Part shown: piece after piece, positions 62,525-64,000 of the stretch | Layout: the number at the start of each line of letters is the position of its first letter | Numbering within the stretch: position 1 is the first letter of the stretch | Assembly: GCA_035937415.1 (NCBI GenBank) | Contig: DASZIB010000059.1 | Span: forward strand, 13,199-77,198 | Direction: 5' to 3' | Origin: Casimicrobiaceae bacterium | Lineage (GTDB): Bacteria > Pseudomonadota > Gammaproteobacteria > Burkholderiales > Casimicrobiaceae | DNA: 64,000 nt | Notes under the pieces: model-generated | What the model saw: the letters and a program-made list of their open reading frames with translations, nothing else | What the model was told of the DNA's origin: nothing | Database searches by the model: none | Translations under genes and position numbers: made by a program

Positions 62525-63985
62525 TCAGATGAGGATGACGTCGTACTGCTCCTGCGTATACAGCGTCTCGACCTGCAGCGAAATCGGCTTGCCGATGAAA
62601 TCGCCGAGCTGCGCGAGGCTCTGTGACTCCTCGTCCAGGAAAAGATCGATCACCGACTGCGAGGCAAGGATGCGGAACTCGCGGGCGTTGAACTGCTTGG
62701 ACTCGCGCACGACGTCGCGCAGTATCTCGTAGCAAACCGTCTGCGCCGTCTTGATCTCGCCGCGACCGCTGCAAGTCATGCAGGGTTCACACAGCACGTG
62801 CGCGAGGCTCTCCCGGGTGCGCTTGCGCGTCATCTCGACCAGGCCGAGCTGGGTGAAGCCGTTGACGGTCAGTCGCGTCCGGTCGCGATCGAGCGCCTTG
62901 TTGAACTCCTCCAGCACCGCCGCGCGATGGTCCGCGTTCTCCATGTCGATGAAATCGATGATGATGATGCCGCCCAGATTGCGCAACCGGAGCTGGCGCG
63001 CGATCACCTGAGCCGCTTCGAGATTGGTCTTGAAGATGGTGTCGTCGAAACTGCGTCCGCCGACGAACCCCCCGGTATTGACGTCGATCGTCGTCATCGC
63101 CTCGGTCTGGTCGATGATGAGATAACCGCCGGACTTGAGATCGACGCGTCGCGCCAGCGCCTTCTCGATCTCGTCCTCGACTCCGTTCAGGTCGAACAGC
63201 GGCCGGTCGCCGCTGTAATGATGGATCCGCGCCACGATGGCCGGCGTGTACTGCTGGGCGAAGTCGAGCATCTTCTGATGCGTCTCGCGCGAGTCGACCA
63301 GGATGCGCGCGGACTCCTCGGTCGCCATGTCCCGCAGCACGCGCTGCGCGAGGTTCAGGTCCTGATAGATCGGCGAGGGTACCGGAACGGAGTCCGACTT
63401 GGCCGTGAGATCGTGCCAGAGCTTGGTCAGATACTCGATATCGTTCTGCAACTCGTGCTCGGTCGCGGTCTCGGCCATGGTGCGGATGATGAAGCCACCG
63501 CCAAGGCCTTCGGGAAGCAGCTGCTGCAGCTTGCCGCGCAGGCTTTCGCGCTCCGCCTCGTCCTCGATGCGTTGCGAGATGCCGATGTGCGAGTCCTGCG
63601 GCAGGTAGACAAGCAGCCTGCCGGCCAGGCTCACTTGCGTGGAGAGCCGTGCACCCTTGGTGCCGATCGGATCCTTGATGACCTGTACCAGCAGTGACTG
63701 GCCCTCGTGCAGGATACGTTCAATGGGCTTGCTGTCGTGACCGTGGCCGTTCTGACGGTGCTCCCAGATGTCGGCAACGTGCAGAAACGCCGCGCGCTCA
63801 AAACCGATCTCGATGAAGGCCGACTGCATGCCGGGCAGCACGCGGGCGACCCGACCGACGTAGATGTTGCCGACCAGACCACGCGCGGACGAGCGCTCGA
63901 TGTGCAGCTCCTGCACGACCCCCTGCTCGAGCATGGCCACGCGGGTCTCCTGCGGCGTCACATTGATGAGAATCTCGTGGCTCAT
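62525..63985 (-). CDS. rng: Ribonuclease G
   Basis: 486 aa. N-terminal S1-like region (ILINVTPQETRVAMLE...GNIYVGRVARVLPGMQSAFIEIG) and the RNase E/G catalytic core (IIIDFIDM). The length matches RNase G rather than RNase E. Confidence 0.92.
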   Translation of the reverse strand: MSHEILINVTPQETRVAMLEQGVVQELHIERSSARGLVGNIYVGRVARVLPGMQSAFIEIGFERAAFLHVADIWEHRQNGHGHDSKPIERILHEGQSLLVQVIKDPIGTKGARLSTQVSLAGRLLVYLPQDSHIGISQRIEDEAERESLRGKLQQLLPEGLGGGFIIRTMAETATEHELQNDIEYLTKLWHDLTAKSDSVPVPSPIYQDLNLAQRVLRDMATEESARILVDSRETHQKMLDFAQQYTPAIVARIHHYSGDRPLFDLNGVEDEIEKALARRVDLKSGGYLIIDQTEAMTTIDVNTGGFVGGRSFDDTIFKTNLEAAQVIARQLRLRNLGGIIIIDFIDMENADHRAAVLEEFNKALDRDRTRLTVNGFTQLGLVEMTRKRTRESLAHVLCEPCMTCSGRGEIKTAQTVCYEILRDVVRESKQFNAREFRILASQSVIDLFLDEESQSLAQLGDFIGKPISLQVETLYTQEQYDVILI

Positions 63986-64000
63986 GCTGCCGAGTTATAA

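Noticed and set aside
1-64000. Mobile elements, CRISPR arrays, prophage or defence-island signatures
   Set aside because: I recognised no transposase/integrase/recombinase motifs, no direct-repeat/spacer arrays, no terminal inverted repeats flanking any block and no tRNA integration site. The somewhat lower-GC stretches (15.6-17.3 kb, 20.2-22.5 kb, 58.0-59.0 kb) encode conserved membrane or sensor proteins, not foreign-looking genes.

Overview
High-GC proteobacterial chromosomal segment (roughly two-thirds G+C by eye, not computed). It is densely coding on both strands, with about 60 protein genes, many joined by 1-4 nt start/stop overlaps. I could not recognise any rRNA, tRNA, CRISPR array, transposase, integrase or prophage content. 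All functional calls come from reading motifs in the supplied translations; no database search was run.

Recognisable content, in order:
- 1.1-3.2 kb: a TetR-regulated hydrolase/MaoC operon.
- 3.9-5.2 kb: a MASE2-GGDEF (AdrA-like) diguanylate cyclase.
- 5.9-7.7 kb: an OPT transporter.
- 7.9-15.6 kb: an NHEJ locus (ligD, ku) that heads a seven-gene co-directional array.
- 15.6-22.5 kb: a long minus-strand array with two ABC-2 exporters, yajD (HNH), phhB, a TlpA-like thioredoxin and a proline-rich TonB-architecture protein.
- 23.4-24.6 kb: a formyltransferase-like/GcvR-like fusion.
- 25.3-33.4 kb: the alpha-2-macroglobulin/pbpC pair.
- 33.6-37.8 kb: a Rieske oxygenase, then an orphan family-5 solute-binding protein coupled to an aminotransferase.
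- 38.9-45.6 kb: an OmpR/histidine-kinase pair, an S9 prolyl oligopeptidase, mpl-yqiA.
- 45.6-50.7 kb: an amino-acid catabolic cluster (FAD oxidoreductase, polar amino-acid ABC transporter, rocD).
- 50.7-57.7 kb: a secreted dual choice-of-anchor-D-like protein, a 5'-nucleotidase, an aldo/keto reductase, an RNase II-family enzyme, a TonB-family protein and mtgA.
- 58.0-60.4 kb: a c-heme DUF3365-HAMP protein next to an ECF sigma/anti-sigma pair.
- 60.5-64.0 kb: two VOC proteins, a PHB-depolymerase-family esterase and rng.

Best candidates for something undescribed:
1. The ligD-ku-led array, with an HTH-TPR protein, an alpha/beta hydrolase and DUF72 packed behind ku.
2. The output-less heme-HAMP sensor adjacent to the ECF sigma/anti-sigma pair.
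3. The Fmt-like + double-ACT fusion that lacks the catalytic Asn.
4. An esterase whose conserved N-terminal region lies upstream of any canonical start codon.
5. A 0.8 kb gene-poor gap with two convergent hydrophobic micro-ORFs.

None of these is proven. Each entry carries a test.
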